DNA of 64,000 nt from positions 17,951,327 to 18,015,326 of the forward strand of contig NC_052172.1 of the NCBI RefSeq assembly GCF_902713615.1, in the 5' to 3' direction. Positions 24,660 through 34,974 of the stretch are shown here, piece by piece. Made by a program: the position numbers and the translations under genes. Position 1 is the first letter of the stretch. Each line of letters opens with the position of its first letter. The notes beneath the pieces are model-generated. The model worked only from the letters and a program-made list of their open reading frames with translations. It had not been told where the DNA came from and did not search any database. Source of the DNA: Scyliorhinus canicula (lineage: Eukaryota).

Positions 24660-25345
24660 GAAGGTTCTGGGGGGTTTGAGCCCCACTTTCGAGTTGCTGA
24701 TCCAACCTGACCCGCCCAGCGCAGCGCTGAGGGAGGGCTGCTCGGCTGCAGGAGCCGTCGTTCGATGAGACCTTACACCGAAGGTTACCTTCCCGAGTGG
24801 GCCCTAAAGATTAATGTCCTGGCCAATGTGTGGGCCCTAAAGATTAATGTCCTGGCCAATGTGTGGGCCCTAAAGATTAATGTCCTGGCCAATATGTGGG
24901 CCCTAAAGATTAATGTCCTGGCCAATGTGTGGGCCCTAAAGATTAATGTCCTGGCCAATGTGTGGGCCCTAAAGATTAATGTCCTGGCCAATGTGTGGGC
25001 CCTAAAGATTAATGTCCTGGCCAATATGTGGGCCCTAAAGATTAATGTCCTGGCCAATGTGTGGGCCCTAAAGATTAATGTCCTGGCCAATGTTTATCTC
25101 TCGCTCAACGTCGCATGACGATTAGCATTGCTGCAAGTGGGATCTTGCTGTGCACAAATTGGCTTCTGAGTTTCCAACATTGGCCAACGTATTTCAAAAA
25201 AGTGCTTCCTGGGCGGGGACATCAAAGTGCGGGTGAAAAGAGCTGAGGAAATCGCTTGCTGCCCGTTTCAGAAACTCGAGGCATGCCATTGGCCCTTTGA
25301 GATGACCTATGGTCAGGAAAGGCGCCGTGTAAATGCAAGGCTCTC
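24660..25345 (+). mobile_element. Decayed DeuSINE-like copy hosting a minisatellite
   Basis: gcagcgctgagggagggctgc...gatgagacct upstream of the array, tgggatcttgctgtgcacaaattggc and gaaaggcgccgtgtaaatgcaag downstream. Confidence 0.65.
24797..25093. repeat. Minisatellite, 9 x 33-bp GTGGGCCCTAAAGATTAATGTCCTGGCCAATGT
   Basis: Nine nearly identical units (297 bp). Confidence 0.97.
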
Positions 25346-26949
25346 GTTACTCTGGATAGAATCTCATCCTTCCTATCAATGTCACATCTCAGCACCAAAC
25401 TTTGGTGATCAGCACAATCACTTTTTCATCGTTGATCAAGCATGTGCAACCATTCTGGAAAAAAAAATCAAAAACACGACGGATGCTGGAAATGTGAAAT
25501 AAAACGAGAACCTTCTGGAAAAGCTCAGCGGGTCTGGCAACGTCAGTGGAGGGAGAAATCGGGGTTACGTTTCCACGTCCTCTCTTCAGCTCTGAAGAGG
25601 ACTCGAAACGTTAACTCTTGTTTCTCTCCCCAGATGCTATAGGACATAGAACATAGAACATAGTACAGCACAGAACAGGCCCTTCGGCCCTCGATGTTGT
25701 GCCGAGCAATGATCACCCTACTTAAACCCACGTAACCCGTATACCCAGTAACCCAACAATCCCCCCATTAACCTTACACTACGGGCAATTTATCATGGCC
25801 AATCCACCTAACCCGCACATCTTTGGACTGTGGGAGGAAACCGGAGCACCCGGAGGAAACCCACGCACAAACGGGGAGGACGTGCAGACTCCACACAGAC
25901 AGTGACCCAGCCGGGAATCGAACCTGGGACCACTGGAGCTGTGAAGCATTGATGCTAACCACCATGCTACCGTGAGGACCTGCTGAGTTTATCCAATAAT
26001 GTTCTTGTTCACGTCTGAATATTTATTGGACATTGTTCTGTTGTTAATATTCCCTCTCCTGTTCCAACGCCGACCTGAATCCAGGCTGCGTTTGACCAAT
26101 TTTTACAAAAAATATTTTATTTGGTTTTTAACATTTTATGCATTACACAAAACAATGCAAAAACGTCAAGAACAGAACTCTCAACTCCATCAACCAATAC
26201 TCTAATCACTCAAATAACCCCCTCCCCCATCACTAAATCCCCCTGAGCATCTGATGAGAACCAACTCTTTAAGGTGAAGAATAAACAGACCCCCCTCTTT
26301 TGTGGAACCCCTCTATTGAGATTTTCATATTTCATAGAATTTACAGTGCAGAAGGAGGCCATTCGGCCCATCGAGTCTGCACCAGCCCTTGGAAAGAGCG
26401 CCCTACCCAAGCCCAGACCCCCACCCTATCCCCATAACTCAGTAACCCCACCCAACACTAAGGGCAATTTTGGACACTAAGGGCAATCCATCTAACCTGC
26501 ACATCTTTGGGCTGTGGGAGGAAACCGGAGCACCCAGAGGGAACCCAGCACAGACAGCGACCCAAGCCGGGAATCGAACCTGGGACCTTGGAGCTGTGAA
26601 GCAATTGTGCTAACCACCATGCGACCATGCAGCCGTATTGCCCCTCTTAAAGCAAACGTTTTTACAATTTTTTTAGAGTCCCCAATTATTTTATTTCCAA
26701 TTCAGGGGCAATTTAGCGTGGCCAATCCACCTACCCGGCAGATCTTTGGGTTGTGGGGGTGAGACCCACGCAGACACGGGGAGAACGTGCAAACTCCACA
26801 CCGACGGTGACCTGGAGCTGGGAGCGAACCTGGGACCTCGGCGCCGTGAGGCAGCAGTGCTAACCACTGCGCCATCGTGCCACCCCCTATTTTGTAGCTA
26901 ACGTAACGAATAATGAATGTCACCTGTCACATGGGATACCTCCTGAGAA

Positions 26950-27365
26950 AAGGAGCGTGCTGTAGAATCTTTTCATTTTGCACTCATCAGATCAGATTTG
27001 CCAGAGTACCAAATTGCCACGGGAGCAACAATTTATTAACTGCGTGAGAAAAGGGTGCTAATTGGTTGGAAAGTCTAACCTGATTGGTCAAGACGTTGCC
27101 ATGGAGAATGTGTCAGGACGCTATTGCTCCCCCATGCTTGTGTTTAATTTTAAAAGACGCAACTCCTGCACGCGCTCTTTCTACCCGCAGAGGACTGGCC
27201 CTGTATATTCGGCGTGGCAATGCTTCGACCAATCAGATATGATGGGCGACCAACTAATCAGCACCCTTTTCTCGTGCAGTATAAATTGTTGCTTCCTTTG
27301 AAATTTGGCATTCTTGTGTTTGTCCTCATGAGTGCAAGACTGAAAGCTTCAACAGCATGTCTCCT
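26950..27365. mobile_element. Foldback element, probably Penelope-like-derived, with decayed hammerhead motifs at both ends
   Basis: Left arm is the imperfect reverse complement of the right arm. CTGATGA..GAAA on minus at 26971-26990 and a mutated equivalent at 27325-27350. Confidence 0.55.
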
Positions 27366-27551
27366 TTCTCATCAGTTTTCAAGCTCTGTACTTGCTGAGT
27401 ACCCTTTGGTATATATTTGATCACGATTTTCTGCCTCCCTTCTATTTTGTTTTCCCCAAGGGCTTTCAGATGATTTGATGTTCCTTGATCGATGCCTGGA
27501 GCTTTTCAACGTCAATTCCAAAGCATTCGTTGCCTCTGATATCATAGTGTT

Positions 27552-27974
27552 TTTTTTTTTGGAAATGTTTTTTATTGAGTTTTCATATTTTATATCCAAC
27601 AAATTACAAATTATTAGAAAAAAAAACACGCAAAAATTAACATGTATATTTACAGGCAAGCATCTTCATAATAACAACTGTGGCCGCCCCCTTTAACCGG
27701 CATACATATTTTACATTCCCCAATATGGCCGAGGCACATGTTTATAGGCATTTATTTACAATTTGGTTTTGGGCCTTAGCTTGCCATCAGACTGTCGCTT
27801 GCGCTTTGTCCTTCCTTTTTTTATGGAATAATTTTTATTCAAGTTTTCAACAACAAATTTTATCACAACAGAGAAAAACAGTAACCCCTCCCCTCCAATA
27901 CAAAAACAATAAATTAACAAGAAAAAGAAATAAGCATAAAACCATGAGAACAAACCCCCATAATGAACCCGTAG

Positions 27975-28011
<37 letters not shown>

Positions 28012-28324
28012 CTACCTTCCCCCGATTCCCTATCCATTTTCCCCTGATTCTTGGCCACCCGACTATTCTTCCTCTTGTTCGTTGGCCACAAACAGGTCCC
28101 GGAACAATTGCATGAATGGCTCCCACGTTCTGTGGAAGCCGTCGTCTGACCCTCGGATGGGGAATTTGATTTTCTCCATTTGGAGAGATCCCGAGAGGTC
28201 GGACAGCCAGTCTGCAGCTCTGGGCGGTGCTGCTGACTGCCAGCCAATCAGGATTCTGTGGTGGGCGATCAGGGAGGCAAAGGCAAGGGCGTCCACCCTC
28301 CTCCCCAGGAATAGATCTGGCTGG
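27552..28324 (-). mobile_element. 5'-truncated L1-clade LINE with 15-bp TSD
   Basis: ORF2 C-terminus LAFASLIAHHRILIGWQS...MEKIKFPIRGS...TWEPF, poly(A) tail, TSD tgatatcatagtgtt at 27537-27551 and 28325-28339. Confidence 0.85.
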
Positions 28325-28939
28325 TGATATCATAGTGTTGACCACTATCAGACAATGTTGTTATTTTGGCGATTTGATCAGGGCTGAACAGCTACAGAGA
28401 TCTCTCCTGGAGGACAAGGTGAAAGGTGGCAGAAAGGGAGGGGGGGTCGCCCTAGTTGTGGTTAGATGATGGACGTCACAGGGTGTTTGTGCACGAGCTT
28501 CAGTGGATGTGTGAGGATAGGGAGCAACAGACGAGTATGACACACCATGACAGCTGGTAGAAGGGGCTACAAACATGAGGAAGAACTTTCTTCACTGGGA
28601 GTGTTGGCGTATGATAGGAGTATACGCCTTAAGAGCAGGACGAGGCCACTCGGCCCTTATAAGTCTGACCCTCCATTCAACAAAATCACGGCTGATTTGA
28701 TGGCGGCTCAGCTCCACTTTCTTGTCTGCCCCTTCGACTCCCTCGTCGATCCAAAATTGGTCTAACTCAGCCCCTCCTTCCCCTCCCACTCCTCTCTGGG
28801 GAAGAGAATTCCAAACACTGGAAATCAGAATTTGAATTGTAAAACATTATAATCAAATTGAAAAGGTTTGGTTGGTGTTTGAATTTCATTGTTGGTGCTC
28901 CTTTTAAAGGAGGAAATTAGTCCGCTTCATAGATGGAAA

Positions 28940-29893
28940 TGAAGGGAGGGTGGGGCTGGCCCTTTAAGAAGGTGAAGGTGGCCCATTAGGAAGGTGGGGG
29001 TGGTTCTTTAAGAGAATGGCGATGGCCCTTTAAGAGAAGAGAGAAGGCCCGTTGAGAGGATGGGATACCCCTTTAAGAGGATGAGATGCCCCTTTACGAG
29101 AACAATCTACTAAGAGGGTGGGAGTGGCCCTTTAAGAAGATGGGGATGGCACTTTAAGAGGGTGGAAAATGGTCCATTAAGTTGGGGCTGGCCCTTTAAA
29201 AGGGTGGAAGATGGTTCTTTAAGAGGATAAAGGATGGTCCTTTAAGGGGTGAAATGGCCCTTTAAGAGAGTGGTGATTATCCTTTAAGAAGGTGAGCTAT
29301 TAATTGGATTCGGTGGTCTTTTAAGTGGATGAAGGATGGCCCTTAAGAGAAGGTGGGTTGGCCGTTTAAGAGGGTGGGCTCTTTAAGAGAGTGGGAGAGA
29401 TGGTTCTTTAAGACGATGGAAGATGGTCCATTAAAAAAGATGAAGGATGGTCATTTATGAGGGTGGGATGGCCCTTTAAGAGGTGCAATTTGTCTTTTTA
29501 AAATAAATTTAGTGTACCCAATTCATTTTTTTTCCAATTAAGGGGCAATTTAGCCTGGCCAATCCACCTACCCTGCACATCTTTTTTGGGTTGTGGTGGC
29601 GAAACCCATGCAAACATGGGGAGAATGTGCAAACTCCACACGGACAGTGACCCAGAGCCGGGATCGAACCTTTGGTCCTCGGTGCCGTGAGGCAGCAGGC
29701 ACTAACCACTGCGCCACCGTGCTGCCCTGCAATTTGTCTTTCAAGAGGGTAGGATAGCCCTTTAAGAGAGTGGGGCTGGTTGTTTCAGAGAATGGAAGAT
29801 GATCCATTAAAGGATATGGTTGGTCCTTTAAGAAGATGGAATATGTCCTTTAAGAGGGCGGGATGGCTCTTTGAGAAGGTGGGATGTCCCTTT
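28940..29893. repeat. Degenerate ~21-24-bp tandem array with CCCTTTAAGAGGGTGGGATG core
   Basis: Recurrent cc(c)tttaag units. Interrupted by a SINE at 29498-29727 (TSD tgcaatttgtcttt). Array resumes at 31314-31490. Confidence 0.85.
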
Positions 29894-31313
29894 TTAAAAC
29901 ATTTTTAAAATTCTTGTCCTTTTTCACATTTTCTCCCCAAATTTACACTGAACAATAAACAATAATCAGTAACGAATGTTATGTCAATTCCCATATCAAT
30001 AACAACCATCTCATCCTCCCAGCAAACCCCAGACATTGGCCCGCATGTTAACATAAACAAATGGCAAAAAGGAATCAGGAATCACCCATAGTCACCATTA
30101 ACACATACAGTCCCTCTCCCCCAAACCTCCCAGCCCCTAACCTCCCTAATGTTTTGAAGTGATCCAATTCTCGAAAGTGCATAATGATTAACGCACATGA
30201 ATTGTAGAACCACTCCATCCTTCCCCTCAGTTCAAACTTTTTTTTTTTTTTTTTTTTAAATTTAGATTACCCAATTATTTTTTCTATTAAGGGGCAATTT
30301 AGCGTGGCCAATCCACCTACTCTGCACATTTTTGGGTTGTGGGGGCGAAACCCACGCAGACACGGGGAGAATGTGCAAACTCCACACGGACAGTGACCCA
30401 GAGCCGGGATCGAACCTGGGACCTCAGCGCCGTGAGGCGGTTATGCTAACCACTAGGCCACCGTGCTGCCCCCCTCAGTTCAAACTTGACCTTTTGAAGC
30501 GTGAAGAATTCCAGCATATCCCCTCTCCACGCCAGGGCACAGGGTGGAGAGGCTGGTCTCCACCCAAACAGGATCCGCCTTCGGGCGATCAAGTGGCGAA
30601 GGCTACAACATCTGCCTCCGCGCCCGTTTCCAACCCCAGCTGGTCCGACACCCCGAATATGGCCTCCCGAGGGCCCAGGTCCAGTTTCACGTGCACCACT
30701 TTAGAGATTACCCGAAACACCTCCTTCCAGTAATCCTCCAGCTTTGGACAGGACCAAAACATATGAAGCTGGTTTGTGCCCCCCCCCCCCCCCCCCACAA
30801 CATTCACACACATCTTCTACCCCCTCAAAGAGCCGGCTCATCCTCGCCCTTGTAAGGTGCGCTCTATACACCACTTTCAGCTGTATCAGCCCCAACCTCG
30901 CACACGAGGTGGAGGTGTTCACCCTCTGGAGCACCTCACACCAGAACCCCTCCTCCATATCCTCTCCCAACTCTTCCTCCCACTTTGCTTTGATCCCTTC
31001 TAGCGGCGCCTTCTCCTCCTCCAAAATAGCCCCGTAAACTGCCGATACTGTCCCCTTCTCCAGTCCCCCTGTCGTCTGCACCTCCTCCAGCAATGTGGAA
31101 GCCGGTTCTACTGGGAAGCTCTGTATCTCCTTTCTGGCAAAGTCTCGAATCTGCATGTCTAGATATTACCCCCTGCTCCAGCCCATGCTTCGCTCCCAGC
31201 TCCTTCAATTCCGCAAAACGACCCCCAAGAAACAAATCTTTTAGTGTCCTAATTCCTTTCTCCTTCCCATCTCCGAAAATTTCCATTCCACTTCCCTGGC
31301 TCAAATCTATGGT
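29894..31313 (-). mobile_element. 5'-truncated L1-clade LINE (ORF2 C-terminal zinc-knuckle region) with nested SINE
   Basis: GIRTLKDLF...KWEEELG...LIQLKVVYRAHLT...CECC...HMFWSCPKL. TSD tgggatgtcccttt at 29880-29893 and 31314-31327. Nested SINE 30240-30470 has TSD cccctcagttcaaactt. Confidence 0.88.
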
Positions 31314-31494
31314 TGGGATGTCCCTTTAAGGGAGTGGGGAATGGCCCTTTGAGAGGGTGGAAGATGGTCTATTAAGAGGATGGGGTTGGTCCTTTAAGAG
31401 GTTGTGATGTCCCTTTAAGAGGGTGGGATGTCCCTTTGAGAGGATGGAATGTCCCTTTAAGAGGGTGAATGTCCCTTTAAGAGGGTGGTTTTCC

Positions 31495-31555
31495 CCTGTG
31501 ACGTCCCCATGGTGGGTGGGGCCGGTGGGTGCCGGATGTGACGTTGGGCGGTGCC
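31495..31555 (+). promoter_or_regulatory. OPA3: OPA3 proximal promoter / 5' UTR
   Basis: TGACGT at about 31499 and an ETS-CRE-like CCGGATGTGACGT at 31532-31544, just before the Kozak context gccATGG. Confidence 0.5.
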
Positions 31556-31697
31556 ATGGTGGTCGGCGCCTACCCCATCGCCAAGCTGCTGCTGTTGGGA
31601 GTGCGGCAGGTCAGCCGGCCCCTCGCCAACTCCATCAAGGCCAACGCCCGGCGGAGCCAGTTCTTCAAGCGCTACATCTGCCTGCCGCCCGCGCAGA
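31556..31697 (+). CDS. OPA3: Optic atrophy 3 protein, exon 1
   Basis: [47 protein letters not shown]. 142 coding nt followed by donor gtgagt. Confidence 0.96.
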
Positions 31698-31896
31698 GTG
31701 AGTGCGGGAGAGGCCGGGGCGGCGGAACCTGAAGCGGCTAGGCCGCAGGGGGGTGGGGCTTGCGGGTGATTGGCAGCAGCGCCGGCCAATGGGGGAGGGA
31801 CCCGATCGGGTCCGGGCCAATCCGGGGGCGGTCCCGGGTGATGGGCAGCTGCGGGGGCGGAGCCTGGCTGTAAAGTCACTTTGAGGATGTGGGGCT

Positions 31897-32870
31897 GGGG
31901 AAGGGCAAGTGTGTGTGGGGGAAGGGCAAGGGGGGGTGTGTGTGTGTGGGGGAAGGGCAAGGGGGAGTGTGTGTGGGGAAGGGCAAGGGGGAGTGTGTGT
32001 GGGGGAAGGGCAAGGGGAGTGTGTGTGTGGGGGAAGGGCAAGGGGGGGTGTGTGTGTGTGTGGGGGAAGGGCAAGGGGGAGTGTGTGTGTGGGGGAAGGG
32101 CAAGGGGGAGTGTGTGTGTGGGGGAAGGGCAAGGGGGAGTGTGTGTGTGGGGGAAGGGCAAGGAGGAGTGTGTGTGGGGAAGGGCAAGGGGGTGTGTGGG
32201 GGAAGGGCAAGGGGGAGTGTGGGGGAAGGGCAAGGGGGTGTGTGGGGGAAGGGTAAGGGGGTGTGGGGGGGAAGGGTAAGGGGGTGTGGGGGGGAAGGGT
32301 AAGGGTGTGTGGGGGAAGGGTAAGGGGGTGTGTGGGGGAAGGGTAAGGGGGTGTGTGGGGGAAGGGTAAGGGGGTGTGTGGGGGAAGGGTAAGGGGGGTG
32401 TGTGGGGGGAAGGGTAAGGGGGTGTGTGGGGGAAGGGTAAGGGGGTGTGTGTGGGGGAAGGGTGTGTGTGTGTGTGGGGGAAGGGCAAGGGGGGGTGTGT
32501 GTGGGGGAAGGGCAAGGGGGGTGTGTGTGGGGGAAGGGCAAGGGGGTGTGTGGGGGAAGGGCAAGGGGGGTGTGTGTGGGGAAGGGCAAGGGGGTGTGTG
32601 TGGGGGAAGGGCAAGGGGGGTGTGTGTGGGGGAAGGGCAAGGGGGGTGTGTGTGGGGGAAGGGCAAGGGGGGTGTGTGTGGGGGAAGGGCAAGGGGGGTG
32701 TGTGTGGGGGAAGGGCAAGGGGGGTGTGTGTGGGGGAAGGGCAAGGGGGGTGTGTGTGTGGGGGAAGGGCAAGGGGGTTGTGTGGGGGAAGGGCAAGGGG
32801 GGGTGTGGGGGAAGGGCAAGGGAGGTTGTGTTTGTGTGTGGGGGGGAATGGCAGGGGGGAAGGGCACGGT
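31897..32870 (+). repeat. G-rich minisatellite GGGGAAGGGCAAGGGGGG(TG)n in OPA3 intron 1
   Basis: About 27-31-bp units with extreme G skew on the + strand. Confidence 0.95.
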
Positions 32871-33704
32871 TGGGGAAGGGGTGGCGAGTGGGCACAATTG
32901 GGGAGGGGCAGTAGAATGGGGCAATGGGTGGAATGAAACGGGTGATAATGGTGTTGGGCATTTTGAATCTAATTAAGTGGGAATGGGTGCCAGGGCAGTA
33001 ATTGTTTAATATTAATATAATTGACATGGAACGTTTATATACAGTCACCTGCTGACAGATTTCCAAAGCATGAAATGTCAGTGAAGGAATCTCGCACACT
33101 ATTCACCCGAAAGAGCCGATATCTTCGTTACCACCTCAACACTCAGATTCATACTGATTCTCTGTTTCAGCCATAGACTCTGGTAGTCCACCAGTTGCCA
33201 TGTCAGACCAGACTTTGCTAGCTGGTTACCTGATAAACCACCAAGGAGGATCTGTATTATTTCACGGGATGAGGGCATCACTGGGCTGGGCCAGCATTTA
33301 TTGCCTATCCCTAATTGCCCTTGTGGGGGCAGTCAGCCACGTAGCTGTGGGGTCTGGAGTCACATGTAGGCCAGACCGGGTAAGGACGGCAGATTTCCTT
33401 CCCTAAAGGGGACATTAGTGACCCAGATGGTATTTTACAACAATCGATGATAGTTTGGTCACCGTTACTGAGGCTCGCTTTCAATTCCCGATTTTATGAA
33501 TTGAGATTAAACTCCTCCAGCTGCTGTGGTGGGATTTGAACCCGAGACTTGGCTTGGGCCTCTTGATTTCACGTCCAGCGACATTGCCTCTACACCACCA
33601 CCTTTCCCCAGCGCATGTTGGGTCGGGGACAAGACACCCTGCTTGGTTTTTGATTAAATACTGGATTTGCCCGTGGAATCTAACTTGAGAGAAACTAACT
33701 CAAG

Positions 33705-34230
33705 TTGGATGAGGGGGGATCTTATTGAAAGTTACAAGATATTGCGAGGCCTGGATAGAGTGGACGTGGAGAGGATGTTTCCACTTGGAGGAAAAACTAG
33801 AACCCGAGGGCACAATCTCAGACTAAAGGGACGATCCTTTAAAACAAGAGATGAGGAGGAATTTCTTCAGCCAGAGGGTGGTGAATCAGTGGAACTCTTT
33901 GCCGCAGAAGGTGCTGTGGAGGCCAAATCACTGAGTCCCAATTGTAGCTTGTTTTGACCTTGCCTCGTGTTTTATTTCCTGTTGCAGTCTACCACTGGGT
34001 CGAAATGAAGACCAAGATGAGGATGATGGGATTCAAAAGTGGTCAGGTGCAACCCTTGAGCGGGGAGGTGGCGGCGGACCTGGGCGGAGAGCTCCTGGGA
34101 GAGGCCTTTGTGTTCATCAATTGATTAATAAGGGGATCAGGGTTATGGGGAGGAGGCAGGGGAAGAGAAAATATCAGCCATGATTGAATGGCGGAGCAGA
34201 CTCGATGGGCCAAGTGGCCTATGTCTTATG
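33705..34230 (+). mobile_element. CR1-clade LINE 3' remnant interrupted by an OPA3 exon-2 copy
   Basis: MRGDLIESYKILRGLDRVDVERMFP...TRGHNLRL. Tail resumes at about 34121 (ttgattaataaggggatc...gcagactcgatgggcc). Confidence 0.8.
33988..34124 (+). pseudogene. OPA3: Truncated duplicate of OPA3 exon 2 with intact splice acceptor (pseudo-exon or alternative last exon)
   Basis: 33935-34119 is near-identical to 34594-34780. It reads [44 protein letters not shown] and stops at TGA 34122-34124. Confidence 0.85.
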
Positions 34231-34648
34231 GTCTAACTGGGTCCTGAAGATTGATCGTTCAAATTTGGCAATGCCTGGAATAAACAGCTGGACAGAACAT
34301 TAATAATTTGGAGCCTGGAGTAGGCAGTTTGAGCCTGCTCTGCCATTCAATACAGCCGTGGCTGATCTCGTCCCCACTTTCCTGCCACTGCCCACAACCC
34401 TTCCTACCCCTCTTAATTGAAAACCTATCTATCTCCACAAAGTAGCTTAGTGTTCCAGCGTCCACTGCACACTGTGGCAGCACAGATTCACGACACTTTG
34501 AGTAAAGTAATTCCTCCTCATTTCTATTTCAAAATCCGCCACCTCGACCTAAAACTGTGGCCTCTCGTTCCAGAATGTCCAGCAAGGACTGTGGTCCCAT
34601 TGTAGCTTGTTTTGACCTTGCCTCGTGTTTTTTTATTTCCTGTTGCAG

Positions 34649-34974
34649 TCTACCACTGGGTCGAAATGAAGACCAAGATGAGGATGATGGGATTCAAAAG
34701 TGGTCAGGTGCAACCCTTGAGCGAGGAGGTGGCGGCGGACCTGGGCGCGGAGCTCCTGGGAGAGGCCTTTGTGTTCATCATCGGAGGCGCCTGTATCATG
34801 GCCGAGTACATCCGGCAGTCGTCCAACAGCGCGAGGAAAGAGGAGGAGCTGAGCAGCACGCTGCAGAGCTTGCAGGAACAGATTGCCCATCTCTCCTTGA
34901 CTGTTGAGGAACTCGATGCCCGTGTGCGGGAGAACAATCGCCTCGCTCACTCGCGCCCTCAGACCTCGAAATAG
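34649..34974 (+). CDS. OPA3: Optic atrophy 3 protein, exon 2 (last)
   Basis: Acceptor ttttatttcctgttgcag, phase 1. [15 protein letters not shown]...[19 protein letters not shown]...coiled coil. Total 468 nt, 155 aa. Confidence 0.96.

Noticed and set aside
24797-25093. CRISPR-like array (also considered for 15062-19712)
   Set aside because: Head-to-tail units have no unique spacers, there are no cas genes, and the context is vertebrate.
31457-33099. Pro/His-rich and Gly-rich 400-aa ORFs
   Set aside because: These are translations of the G-rich intronic minisatellite in all frames.
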